From Octopus bimaculoides (Eukaryota), in the NCBI RefSeq assembly GCF_001194135.2, contig NC_068984.1, forward strand, positions 132,480,519 to 132,520,979: a stretch of 40,461 nt of DNA, written 5' to 3'. Position 1 is the stretch's first letter, and every line of letters begins with the position of its first letter. The notes beneath the pieces were generated by a model, which was not told the origin of the DNA, made no database searches, and worked only from the letters and a program-made list of their open reading frames with translations. Of the stretch, positions 23,671 to 33,920 are shown piece after piece. Position numbers and translations under genes: made by a program.

Positions 23671-23714
23671 AAATGTTGGCACATTGTCAGCACTTTTGAT
23701 GAGAGGCTTTCGTG

Positions 23715-24180
23715 AATTTCATCGATGCCGAAAGGATGAACAGCAAAGCTGACCTCTGTTGAATTTGAACTCAAAACCTAAGGAACCGGTATGAATGCTA
23801 CGAGGCATTTCTTACAACGCTCCAACGATTCCGCCAATCCACGGTCCTCATTCAGTATTTCTGATATTGGCATAAGGCGTAAAACTGGTGGGGAGGGGTT
23901 AAATGGGCGAAGTTGACCTCGGCAGGATTTGAACTCGGAACGTAAAGCTGGAAGAAGTGCCGTAAGTACTTCGTTCAACATTGTTTTTAATATAGGCGCA
24001 TGGCAGAAATTTGGTGAGAGAGGTCAGTTGGTTACAGCGATACCAGTTCTTGTTGGTATTTTATTAATCGACCCCACGGAAGTATGAAAGACGAAAGAGA
24101 CATCCACGGGATTTGAACTCACAACGCAATGTCCTGGAGCTAAATACCGCAAGACGTTTTGTCCGAAACTCTCACGACTC
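23715..24180 (-). mobile_element. Three tandem decayed SINE family A fragments
   Basis: Three gaatttgaactc/gatttgaactc B-box complements near 23760, 23930 and 24110. Confidence 0.7.
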
Positions 24181-25223
24181 TTATGATTAATCAAAGTGAC
24201 CACTACCGCCACCAACACAACCAACCCATCATCATTTTAATTATTATGATAAAGTAGACAACATCTGTGTGTATGTGTGTATATGTGTGTGTGTGTGTGC
24301 GCGCGTACCCGCATATGTATGTGTGAATTTCTGTATATGCCTCTGCATGGTTGAGGGGTCGATATNNNNNNNNNNNNNNNNNNNNNNNNNNNNNNNNNNN
24401 NNNNNNNNNNNNNNNNNNNNNNNNNNNNNNNNNNNNNNNNNNNNNNNNNNNNNNNNNNNNNNNNNNNNNNNNNNNNNNNNNNNNNNNNNNNNNNNNNNNN
24501 NNNNNNNNNNNNNNNNNNNNNNNNNNNNNNNNNNNNNNNNNNNNNNNNNNNNNNNNNNNNNNNNNNNNNNNNNNNNNNNNNNNNNNNNNNNNNNNNNNNN
24601 NNNNNNNNNNNNNNNNNNNNNNNNNNNNNNNNNNNNNNNNNNNNNNNNNNNNNNNNNNNNNNNNNNNNNNNNNNNNNNNNNNNNNNNNNNNNNNNNNNNN
24701 NNNNNNNNNNNNNNNNNNNNNNNNNNNNNNNNNNNNNNNNNNNNNNNNNNNNNNNNNNNNNNNNNNNNNNNNNNNNNNNNNNNNNNNNNNNNNNNNNNNN
24801 NNNNNNNNNNNNNNNNNNNNNNNNNNNNNNNNNNNNNNNNNNNNNNNNNNNNNNNNNNNNNNNNNNNNNNNNNNNNNNNNNNNNNNNNNNNNNNNNNNNN
24901 NNNNNNNNNNNNNNNNNNNNNNNNNNNNNNNNNNNNNNNNNNNNNNNNNNNNNNNNNNNNNNNNNNNNNNNNNNNNNNNNNNNNNNNNNNNNNNNNNNNN
25001 NNNNNNNNNNNNNNNNNNNNNNNNNNNNNNNNNNNNNNNNNNNNNNNNNNNNNNNNNNNNNCCCCCTCCCCCTCTCTCTTTCTCTCTATCTCTATCTCTA
25101 TCTCTCGCTCTTTTACCGTAAAAACAACCCTAACGCCAGGGTTTACCCGTGATCCCTAATCTCAATTAAATTAACTTTACATTTCTCCTCTTTCTTTTGT
25201 CTTCCTTTCTTTCTTTCTTTCCC

Positions 25224-25259
<36 letters not shown>

Positions 25260-25454
25260 ATAATCATTCACTCCCTTTTCTTCCCTTTCTCCTTTTTTCT
25301 TCTCATTCATTTTTTCTGTAGTTTCGTTTATTTACATTTCAGCTCAAAAGTTTTACATCTTACACCAGTTGTTTTATATAATGCATATATACAAAAAAAA
25401 ATTTTTCTCATCAATATGAGGAAATGAGATTCTTTCAATGAAATTTAGACATTA

Positions 25455-25760
25455 ATTTTGTACGTATGTATGTATGTATGTATGTATGCATGTATGTATG
25501 TATGTATGTGTGTATGTATGTATGTATGTATGTATGTGTGTATGTATGTATGTATGTGTGTATGCATGCATGTATGTATGTATGTATGTATGTATGTATG
25601 TGTGTATGCATGCATGTATGTATGTATGTATGTATGTATGTGTATGTGTGTGTGTGCAGACTCATGAGTACATATATATATACATACATTCGTACATACA
25701 TACACGCACACACACACATACACATACACACATATATACACTTACATATATATATATATA
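25455..25760. repeat. (TATG)n/(CA)n/(TA)n compound microsatellite next to a gap
   Basis: Direct inspection; explains the MYVC-repeat ORFs. Confidence 0.95.
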
Positions 25761-26795
25761 NNNNNNNNNNNNNNNNNNNNNNNNNNNNNNNNNNNNNNNN
25801 NNNNNNNNNNNNNNNNNNNNNNNNNNNNNNNNNNNNNNNNNNNNNNNNNNNNNNNNNNNNNNNNNNNNNNNNNNNNNNNNNNNNNNNNNNNNNNNNNNNN
25901 NNNNNNNNNNNNNNNNNNNNNNNNNNNNNNNNNNNNNNNNNNNNNNNNNNNNNNNNNNNNNNNNNNNNNNNNNNNNNNNNNNNNNNNNNNNNNNNNNNNN
26001 NNNNNNNNNNNNNNNNNNNNNNNNNNNNNNNNNNNNNNNNNNNNNNNNNNNNNNNNNNNNNNNNNNNNNNNNNNNNNNNNNNNNNNNNNNNNNNNNNNNN
26101 NNNNNNNNNNNNNNNNNNNNNNNNNNNNNNNNNNNNNNNNNNNNNNNNNNNNNNNNNNNNNNNNNNNNNNNNNNNNNNNNNNNNNNNNNNNNNNNNNNNN
26201 NNNNNNNNNNNNNNNNNNNNNNNNNNNNNNNNNNNNNNNNNNNNNNNNNNNNNNNNNNNNNNNNNNNNNNNNNNNNNNNNNNNNNNNNNNNNNNNNNNNN
26301 NNNNNNNNNNNNNNNNNNNNNNNNNNNNNNNNNNNNNNNNNNNNNNNNNNNNNNNNNNNNNNNNNNNNNNNNNNNNNNNNNNNNNNNNNNNNNNNNNNNN
26401 NNNNNNNNNNNNNNNNNNNNNNNNNNNNNNNNNNNNNNNNNNNNNNNNNNNNNNNNNNNNNNNNNNNNNNNNNNNNNNNNNNNNNNNNNNNNNNNNNNNN
26501 NNNNNNNNNNNNNNNNNNNNNNNNNNNNNNNNNNNNNNNNNNNNNNNNNNNNNNNNNNNNNNNNNNNNNNNNNNNNNNNNNNNNNNNNNNNNNNNNNNNN
26601 NNNNNNNNNNNNNNNNNNNNNNNNNNNNNNNNNNNNNNNNNNNNNNNNNNNNNNNNNNNNNNNNNNNNNNNNNNNNNNNNNNNNNNNNNNNNNNNNNNNN
26701 NNNNNNNNNNNNNNNNNNNNNNNNNNNNNNNNNNNNNNNNNNNNNNNNNNNNNCTGCTAACACCATCCCCAAAGTTCTTTAGCGTTGTGTGTGTG

Positions 26796-27025
26796 TTATT
26801 TCGTTATTGCCCACAAGGGGCTACACACAGAGGGGACAAACAAGAACAGACAAACGGATTAAGTCGATTACATCGACCCCAGTGCGTAACTGGTACTTAT
26901 TTAATCGACCCCGAAAGGATGAAAGGCAAATTCGACCTCGGCGGAATTTGAACTCAGAACGTAACGGCAGACAAAACACCGCTAAGCATTTCGCCTCGTG
27001 TGCTAATGTTTCTGCCAGCTCGCCT
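26796..27025 (-). mobile_element. SINE family A, young copy inserted in a (TG)n tract
   Basis: Near-identical to 6695-6927; tgtgtgtgtg on both sides. Confidence 0.93.
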
Positions 27026-27373
27026 CTGTGTGTGTGTGTGCGTGTGCGTGCGCGTGCGTGCGTGTGTGCGTGCGAGAAACACACACATATATTCACTCGC
27101 ACACGCACGCATACATATACACATACCAGAATACACGCACAATCACAGGAACACGCATTCTTGTACTGATATAGAACTCAATACAAGATTATGAGGAGTG
27201 TATGGTCATTTATAAATAATCAAACTTCCTTAGCCTGGTATGGTACAAGCGTTTCAGTCCATCCGTATTTTTTTTTTATTAAAAGTATCTTACTTAAAAA
27301 ATACGGATGCATCGAAACACTTGTACAATTTGAAAGGAATTTAATTATGTAGAAATAAATACATTCACATACA

Positions 27374-27454
<81 letters not shown>

Positions 27455-27721
27455 ACATGCAGAGACACGGAGAGAAAGTGGGAGGTAAGGAAAGGAGGAG
27501 AGAGAAGGAGAGAGAGTGAGTGAGAGAAAGTGGGAGAGAGAGAGAGTGTGTAAGCAACTGGATAGTGAAAGAAAGGATTTGACAAACGTTGCTTCCCGTT
27601 CTTATCGGCTTATTGCACCCATGTGTTTCCATATACATCTTCCAACAATACATATTTTCTACCTTCCTTCCTGACACTAATTGATTGGTAAATATACATA
27701 GATATCGTTCACAGTCTTTAC

Positions 27722-27801
27722 GTTGCGGTTAGATCTGGTGGGATAGGAATGTTGATCCACTTGCGGCCGAAGAACATGTCCACCTGATCGTATATATCAT
27801 C
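27722..27801 (-). CDS. Candidate internal coding exon (DDIYDQVDMFFGRKWINIPIPPDLTA-T), product unknown
   Basis: tctatcctgtacag|GATGAT...GCAAC|gtaaag; 80 nt, phase 0 to 2, no stop, complex protein-like sequence in otherwise repetitive DNA. Confidence 0.55.
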
Positions 27802-27820
27802 CTGTACAGGATAGATTTGT

Positions 27821-27975
27821 CTTTTATCTTTTACTTGTTTCCAATCATTGGACTGAGAGGTCATGCTGGGACACAGCCTTGAAGGGTATTGCCGTATCGC
27901 TAACCCCTAAGTTACGGGGATATAATAAGAAGGCAACACTAGTTGTCAAGCGGTGGTGAGGAACATATGCAAACA
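27821..27975 (-). mobile_element. SINE family B, 3' part with internal deletion
   Basis: tcttttacttgtttcc tail; ctaagttacgggga and gttgtcaagcggtggtg body. Confidence 0.75.
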
Positions 27976-28047
27976 CAAATTATAACACACACACTAACAC
28001 ACATGTATTTATATCTATATCAATATCTATTTATCTATATAGAAATA

Positions 28048-28078
<31 letters not shown>

Positions 28079-28407
28079 ATGTATGTATNNNNNNNNNNNN
28101 NNNNNNNNNNNNNNNNNNNNNNNNNNNNNNNNNNNNNNNNNNNNNNNNNNNNNNNNNNNNNNNNNNNNNNNNNNNNNNNNNNNNNNNNNNNNNNNNNNNN
28201 NNNNNNNNNNNNNNNNNNNNNNNNNNNNNNNNNNNNNNNNNNNNNNNNNNNNNNNNNNNNNNNNNNNNNNNNNNNNNNNNNNNNNNNNNNNNNNNNNNNN
28301 NNNNNNNNNNNNNNNNNNNNNNNNNNNNNNNNNNNNNNNNNNNNNNNNNNNNNNNNNNNNNNNNNNNNNNNNNNNNNNNNNNNNNNNNNNNNNNNNNNNN
28401 NNNNNNN

Positions 28408-28442
<35 letters not shown>

Positions 28443-28483
28443 GAGGAAACAGAGAGAGAGAGAGAGAGAGAGAGCAACAGAGC

Positions 28484-28858
28484 TAGAAAGGAAAATAAAC
28501 ATAAGTAGGCTTAATGCGTGCATTTTCATGGAATACAAAATTCAGATTACAGAATAAAGAAAAGAAAAAGAGTTATGACTTATCTTGACTGCTGTTTCGG
28601 AAGCACCAGGATGGCCATTCTCCTCTTAATGAGGGTCACCCGGATTGTTGTAACAAATTCATGGGAATTTGTGTTATTACACACACCTGTGCATCTATTA
28701 TGTATTAATGTAGTTGGAGTATAAGCCACTGTGCTCTCGAAACAGCTGTCGAGATAAGACTAGTACATAACTCATTTTCCTTTCTTTATTCTGTAATCTG
28801 TTCTTGTATTCCATGTAAATACACGCATTAAGTCTACTTGTGTTTATTTTCCTTTCTA
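28484..28858. repeat. Inverted repeat with arms of about 115-120 bp and a 140-bp spacer; each arm begins with a hammerhead-like GAAA-CAGCTG-TC motif (PLE pLTR-like)
   Basis: 28484-28598 is the reverse complement of 28739-28858, roughly 80% identical by eye. Confidence 0.8.
28640..28686 (-). CDS. Speculative bridging exon (G-VCNNTNSHEFVTTIR)
   Basis: gcacag|GT...CGG|gtgacc; 47 nt, phase 1 to 0. It is the phase-bridging candidate I found between the two better exons. Weak splice sites; lies inside a repeat spacer. Confidence 0.15.
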
Positions 28859-29071
28859 CCTCCATAACAACTCGACAAGGTTCGTTCTTATACCTATCTT
28901 TCACGACCGGAAGCACCAGCCCTGAGTGAAGAGGCTGGAGTTTAAGTTCTCATTAATCTGAGCACTATTCTGTGTTATCTATACCTCGCTTATTTTGCAT
29001 TTTCCTACATCCACACACCCAGTACATGCATACATACATACATACATACATATATACATACATACATACAT

Positions 29072-29395
29072 AAGTGGCGGACTGGGTCTAAAAATATTGG
29101 TTGCCAGGAGACTAAGGGGGCCCACTCGCAACTACAAGGGGGCCCACCTGCAACTACAATACTATCATTTTTTTTTTTTTTTTTGTTAAAAGTATTCTTT
29201 TCAACTGACTACAAACACAGCTAGGCTGAAATAATTAATGCATTCTTCCAGGAGTGAATTAAAAAAATTCTCAAACTTAAGGGGATGGGCCCCTTAGATA
29301 CTAACTTGGGCCCCCCCCCCCCATATATGGATTCTAATGGCGCAGGGGCCCTTCTTGCCATCGGGCAAGCTGGCAACCTGGCCAGTCCGCCACTG
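29072..29395. mobile_element. MITE with CAGTGGCGGACTGG-type TIRs and GGGCCC subterminal motifs
   Basis: agtggcggactgg...ggttgccag on the left; ctggcaacc...ccagtccgccactg on the right. No clear TSD. Confidence 0.75.
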
Positions 29396-29494
29396 TATAT
29401 ACGTATATCAATAAAATATAAGGATAAAATCTATATAAGATTTTATCAAATACCAATTAAGGTAAAAAATTAATACTAAGTATATAAGTTTTTA

Positions 29495-29711
29495 AAATAC
29501 ATTATCACATAAAGGGCTGTTACTGTAAGTAAAGCCACGCGCTGGAACTGCTTCTATATACAACTGAACCTTTAAAAAAAATATATATATTCTTTTTTCA
29601 TTTCCTCGATTTCGTCGCGTGTGTATATTTGATAACGTGGTTTGACATAAGCGTCTCTTTCTAGCGCGTGGCTTTACTAATAGTAATAGCCCTTAATGTA
29701 ATAATGTAGTT
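29495..29711. mobile_element. MITE/foldback element with TIRs of about 52 bp
   Basis: aaatacattatcacataaagggctgttactgtaagtaaagccacgcgctgga (29495-29546) is inverted at 29660-29711. Confidence 0.8.
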
Positions 29712-29754
29712 ACATATATATGTATATGTATGTTTCGCGCGCGCGCTCGTGTGT

Positions 29755-29789
<35 letters not shown>

Positions 29790-29790
<1 letters not shown>

Positions 29791-29896
29791 ATCTTTTATC
29801 TCCTACTTTTATTTGCTTCAGTCATTTTCAAGCCTAGTCTCTTTTGCCGAACCGCTAAGTAATGGGGCGTAAACAAACCAACAGCGACTGTCATTC

Positions 29897-29900
<4 letters not shown>
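29790..29900 (-). mobile_element. SINE family B, deleted 3' fragment
   Basis: ttcagtcatt...ctcttttgccgaaccgctaagt. Confidence 0.7.
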
Positions 29901-29944
<44 letters not shown>

Positions 29945-30021
29945 CAGGCTCAAAAATTATCACTATAATAGCTTCTCATGAAGTATTAAGCACTCTGGAT
30001 GTCTACAACTTAAAGATATAT

Positions 30022-30239
30022 CTTTTATCTTTTACTGCATTCGATCACTGGACTGCAACCATGCTGGGACAACGTCCAGAAGGACTTTAGCTTTATAAAT
30101 CGTCCTCAGCACTAACTTTTAAGTTAAGTCTACTGCTCATTTTATCGATTTCTTTTTTGCCAAATCTCTATAACGGAGACTAAGAGAACCAAACCAGTTG
30201 TCAAGAGGTGGCGAGAAAAAGATCAAAAACACAAACACA

Positions 30240-30290
<51 letters not shown>

Positions 30291-30505
30291 ACGTACACAT
30301 ATGTTCATATATTATATCATTATATTATATTGACAGGCTTCTACAATGTTTCTGCTTACAAATTCACTTACAAGGTATCAGTTGACCCGCAGTTGCAGCA
30401 GAAGATGCTTGCTCAATGCGTTACCGAAGATGTCACGCATTAGGACTGAACCCGAAACTGCGTGTTTGTAAAATAAGCTTCTTAACCACACGGCCGTACC
30501 TGCGC
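30022..30505 (-). mobile_element. Old full-length SINE family B with internal CA microsatellite
   Basis: Tail at 30022, gttgtcaagaggtgg near 30200, CA tract, then the head complement ggactgaacccg...cttaaccacacggccgtacctgcgc. Confidence 0.7.
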
Positions 30506-30723
30506 TTATTGCACCATGCCCATATAGAGAGAGATTTTTACAAAATACATCAATCTCCCATTCCCGCTACGGGTTATATTTATTGAAGACATGTTAAGAA
30601 GAACGCTCAATATATGTAACTCATACACGCGCGCGTGCACACACATATATGTACATGTGTGAGTTCCTCAGTAAGTTATCCAACAGAAATTAGTTTACTT
30701 AACTTGGAAGTAGACACCTGTTG

Positions 30724-30787
<64 letters not shown>

Positions 30788-31118
30788 CTCTACCGCTGCT
30801 GTTAATTATTGCAGTTTTTATATAATTTTTAGTTTTAGTCTCAACAGAATTCTTCTTCTTCTTCTTCTTCTTCTTCTTCTTCTTCTTCTTCTTCTTCTTC
30901 TTCTTCTTCTTCGAGCTGGCAGAGTCGTTAGTACGCCGGGCAAGAAGCTTAGCGGCATTTCCTCCACCTCTACGTTCTGAGTTCAAATTCCGCTGAGGTC
31001 GACTTTGCCTTTCATCCTTTCGGGATTGATAAAATGAGCATCAATTGCGTACTAAGGTTGGTCTAATAGATAAGCCTCCTCCCACAAAATGCCAGGCCTT
31101 GCAACTATAATAGAAAAG

Positions 31119-31171
<53 letters not shown>

Positions 31172-31396
31172 CATCATCATCATCATTATCATCATCATCG
31201 TCGTCGTTTTTGTCGTAGTCGTCGTCATCATCATCGTCATCATCATCCTTTGGCTGTTAGTTGTGTTACAAAGNNNNNNNNNNNNNNNNNNNNNNNNNNN
31301 NNNNNNNNNNNNNNNNNNNNNNNNNNNNNNNNNNNNNNGAAGAAGAAGAAGAAGAAGAAGAAGAAGAAGAAGAAGAAGAAGAAGAAGAAGAAGAAG

Positions 31397-31427
<31 letters not shown>

Positions 31428-31445
31428 TGACGATGACGATGATGG

Positions 31446-31480
<35 letters not shown>
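30724..31480. repeat. Cluster of trinucleotide microsatellites: (CTA)n, (TTC)21, (ATT)n to (ATC)n/(GTC)n, (GAA)n, (GAT)n
   Basis: Direct inspection. Confidence 0.95.
30913..31165 (+). mobile_element. SINE family A, slightly 5'-truncated, with an expanded (ATT)n tail
   Basis: gagctggcagagtcgtt head, ctgagttcaaattc B box, atagaaaagattattatt tail. Confidence 0.88.
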
Positions 31481-31482
<2 letters not shown>

Positions 31483-31619
31483 AAAGGTAATGCATAAAAA
31501 CAGAAAAAAGAAAAAAGTTTTAACAACAACGGAAAAAAATTGGAAAGGATGAAAGAAAAAGGAGCTGAAGAAGAAAAAGAAGGAAAATAAATAAGAGAAG
31601 TGAAATGAAACCTGTGTGT

Positions 31620-31649
31620 GGTTAGGGTTAGGGTTAGGGTTAGTGTTAG
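31620..31649 (+). repeat. Short interstitial telomere-like repeat: (TTAGGG)3 plus a degenerate unit
   Basis: ggttagggttagggttagggttagtgttag. Confidence 0.7.
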
Positions 31650-31884
31650 TAAAACTACAAGTGTTTCTCCTGCCAGTTTACAGCCCAAAACATGGCTGCC
31701 ATTCTAAAAAATATAAAACGAAAAAAACAAAACAAAATGTCGGATGAGATTGATTCGTTAGAAAACATTACAAGTTCTGTGTGTACGTGTGAGTTCTTTT
31801 ACATGTGACACTACATAAAAGCTGTGTCAATACAACACCACGGTGGCCTCTCCACCAGTGTTTAGCTGTTTGCTGCTTTCTCAC

Positions 31885-31978
31885 CTTCCGCCCATATATC
31901 GTCAGCGCAGGTGAGAAATATGGCTGCTAGCTTAATCACTACTGACAGCACAATCATCACCAACAACGCCCCAGCCAT
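31885..31978 (-). CDS. Candidate first coding exon encoding a signal peptide (MAGALLVMIVLSVVIKLAAIFLTCA-DDIWAE)
   Basis: ATG at 31978 with an in-frame upstream TAA; long hydrophobic run; T-x-A at -3/-1; donor GAAG|gtgaga; 94 nt, ends in phase 1. Confidence 0.55.
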
Positions 31979-32172
31979 ACTTAATTCTGATCGCTTGCTT
32001 TATTTCTCTTCCCCCCTTCTTTTTTTATTCCCCGCTTACTCTCTCTCTCTCTCTGTCCTCGTTCTGTATATCGTCCTTTTCTTTCTTACAGTTCTTACTT
32101 TGTCCTTCTCTTTCTCTTTTCTCAAACGCTCTTTTCTCCAAACGCTCTTCTATCTCACTTTCTTTGTGTGTG

Positions 32173-32217
<45 letters not shown>

Positions 32218-32580
32218 TTCAATTGTCCTCTCCCACTTTCAGAGTTTCCTTGTCTCTCTCCTCTCCTCCATTCACTCTGACTGTCTATCTGTCATACACA
32301 ATCTCTCTCTCTCCCTTTCTCTCTCTCTCTCTTTTTCTCTCTCCCCCTTTCTTTCAATCTCTGTCTTTCCACCTCACTCTTCTCTGCTTATTTGTCGGTC
32401 ATACATACGGTTATGCATAAATACACAAACATGCAACGCACGTGCATACGCATGTCTATGAGCGTACATGCCAGTCTGTGTACATACATATTCACGCACA
32501 CAAACACTAAAACATAACCAAAACATAAAACAGCAAATCTCTCTCTCCCTCCCTCTCTTTCTTTCTCTCTCTCTCTCTCT

Positions 32581-32620
<40 letters not shown>

Positions 32621-32708
32621 GTGTATATATGTATCTCTCTCTCTCTCTCTCTCTCTNNNNNNNNNNNNNNNNNNNNNNNNNNNNNNNNNNNNNNNNNNNN
32701 NNNNNNNN

Positions 32709-32745
<37 letters not shown>

Positions 32746-32999
32746 GTACATACAATCATATACGCAGGCACATATGTGCACAACTAAATGAAAAAGCATA
32801 TATAGATACACACACACACTGACTCACACACACACACACACACTCACATACACACACACACTCACATACACACACACTCACACACACACACACACTCACA
32901 TACACACACACCCACACACTTGTTTGAACAAACTGCCATTTCTCTAAATTGGGTAACACATCTATATTATGTTGGTGTTGATAGGACAGAAAGTTAAAC

Positions 33000-33217
33000 A
33001 AAAACAACTACAAGTAACTTCACCACCATCAACAACAGCAACAACAACACTAGAGCCACCATCGCCATCGACACCACCACCATCCATCACCACCACCACC
33101 ACTCCTACTACTACTACTACTACTACCACTACCAACATCACCATCACCACAACTACCACCATCACACCACCGTCATCAACAATACTACCACCATCATCAC
33201 TACTACTGTTGCTGCTG

Positions 33218-33251
<34 letters not shown>

Positions 33252-33380
33252 ATCCGTGTCTACTGCTAATATCATCGCGTCTACAACGGTAACAATAACA
33301 ACAGCAGCAGCAGCAACAGAAGCAACAACAATAAAAACAACAGCAAAAACAATTGTAGCAATAACTATAACTACACAACG
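33000..33380. repeat. Degenerate trinucleotide low-complexity tract (CAC/CAT/CTA/CAA)
   Basis: Direct inspection. Confidence 0.9.
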
Positions 33381-33394
33381 AAGAGACCCATATA

Positions 33395-33920
33395 TGGCTG
33401 CTCCGACAGCTAAAAATAACAGTCAGTTCTCCCTTGATTCAAACCTTACTGTCTTGTGAAAGGAAAACAAAGGCACAACAGGTAATGGAGTCCTGAACAT
33501 AATCCTTAAAAGACGGTTTGCTCGATCAGGACTAAGAGTTAAACAACAGCAAAAACAACAACCAGTCTAAAGCTTTGATGTAACTGCTCGTTCTGCTAAA
33601 AATAGTAAGGTGTAATCCACCACTGGCGACGCTTTTATAGGGGCAACGCTTTTAAGTCATCTGTATAAATCTGAACAGGCTTACGCTGGGCATGAGGAAG
33701 TGCAGCAAAATCAAGGATTGTCTTGAGTGGCACACATTGTAGCTATGCTACTGGCCCTACCCTTTTTAAAAAAATCTCCTTCATAACATACACAACCGTC
33801 TTAAAAACAGAAGAGAACACATTGAATTGTATAACTTTAGGTACACTGTACTCGAAAGAAAAGATGGACGGGAGAGTTCCGGCTTGACTGCTCTGAGTCA
33901 AAGTTTCCGCTAAATAACAA
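33395..33920 (+). repeat. Two tandem copies of dispersed repeat family E ((CAA)n-tailed, SINE-like); the second is interrupted
   Basis: 33395-33555 and 33585-33920 share ctgctaaaaatag..., ctgtcttg/ccgtctt... and ...taaacaacagc/taaataacaacaac. The reverse complement occurs at 37150-37275. Confidence 0.55.
33617..33767 (+). repeat. Dispersed repeat of about 140-150 bp, copy 1
   Basis: Matches 37309-37444. Confidence 0.8.

Noticed and set aside
31620-31649. TTAGGG tract as evidence of a chromosome fusion or telomere healing
   Set aside because: Only about 4 units in a microsatellite-saturated region.
31866-31910. Plus-strand alternative exon (tttag|CTG...CAG|gtgaga; LFAAFSPSAHISSAQ) overlapping the signal-peptide exon
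   Set aside because: The donor is good, but the acceptor is weak and the peptide uninformative. The minus reading (ATG, upstream stop, signal peptide) explains the region better. Not fully excluded.
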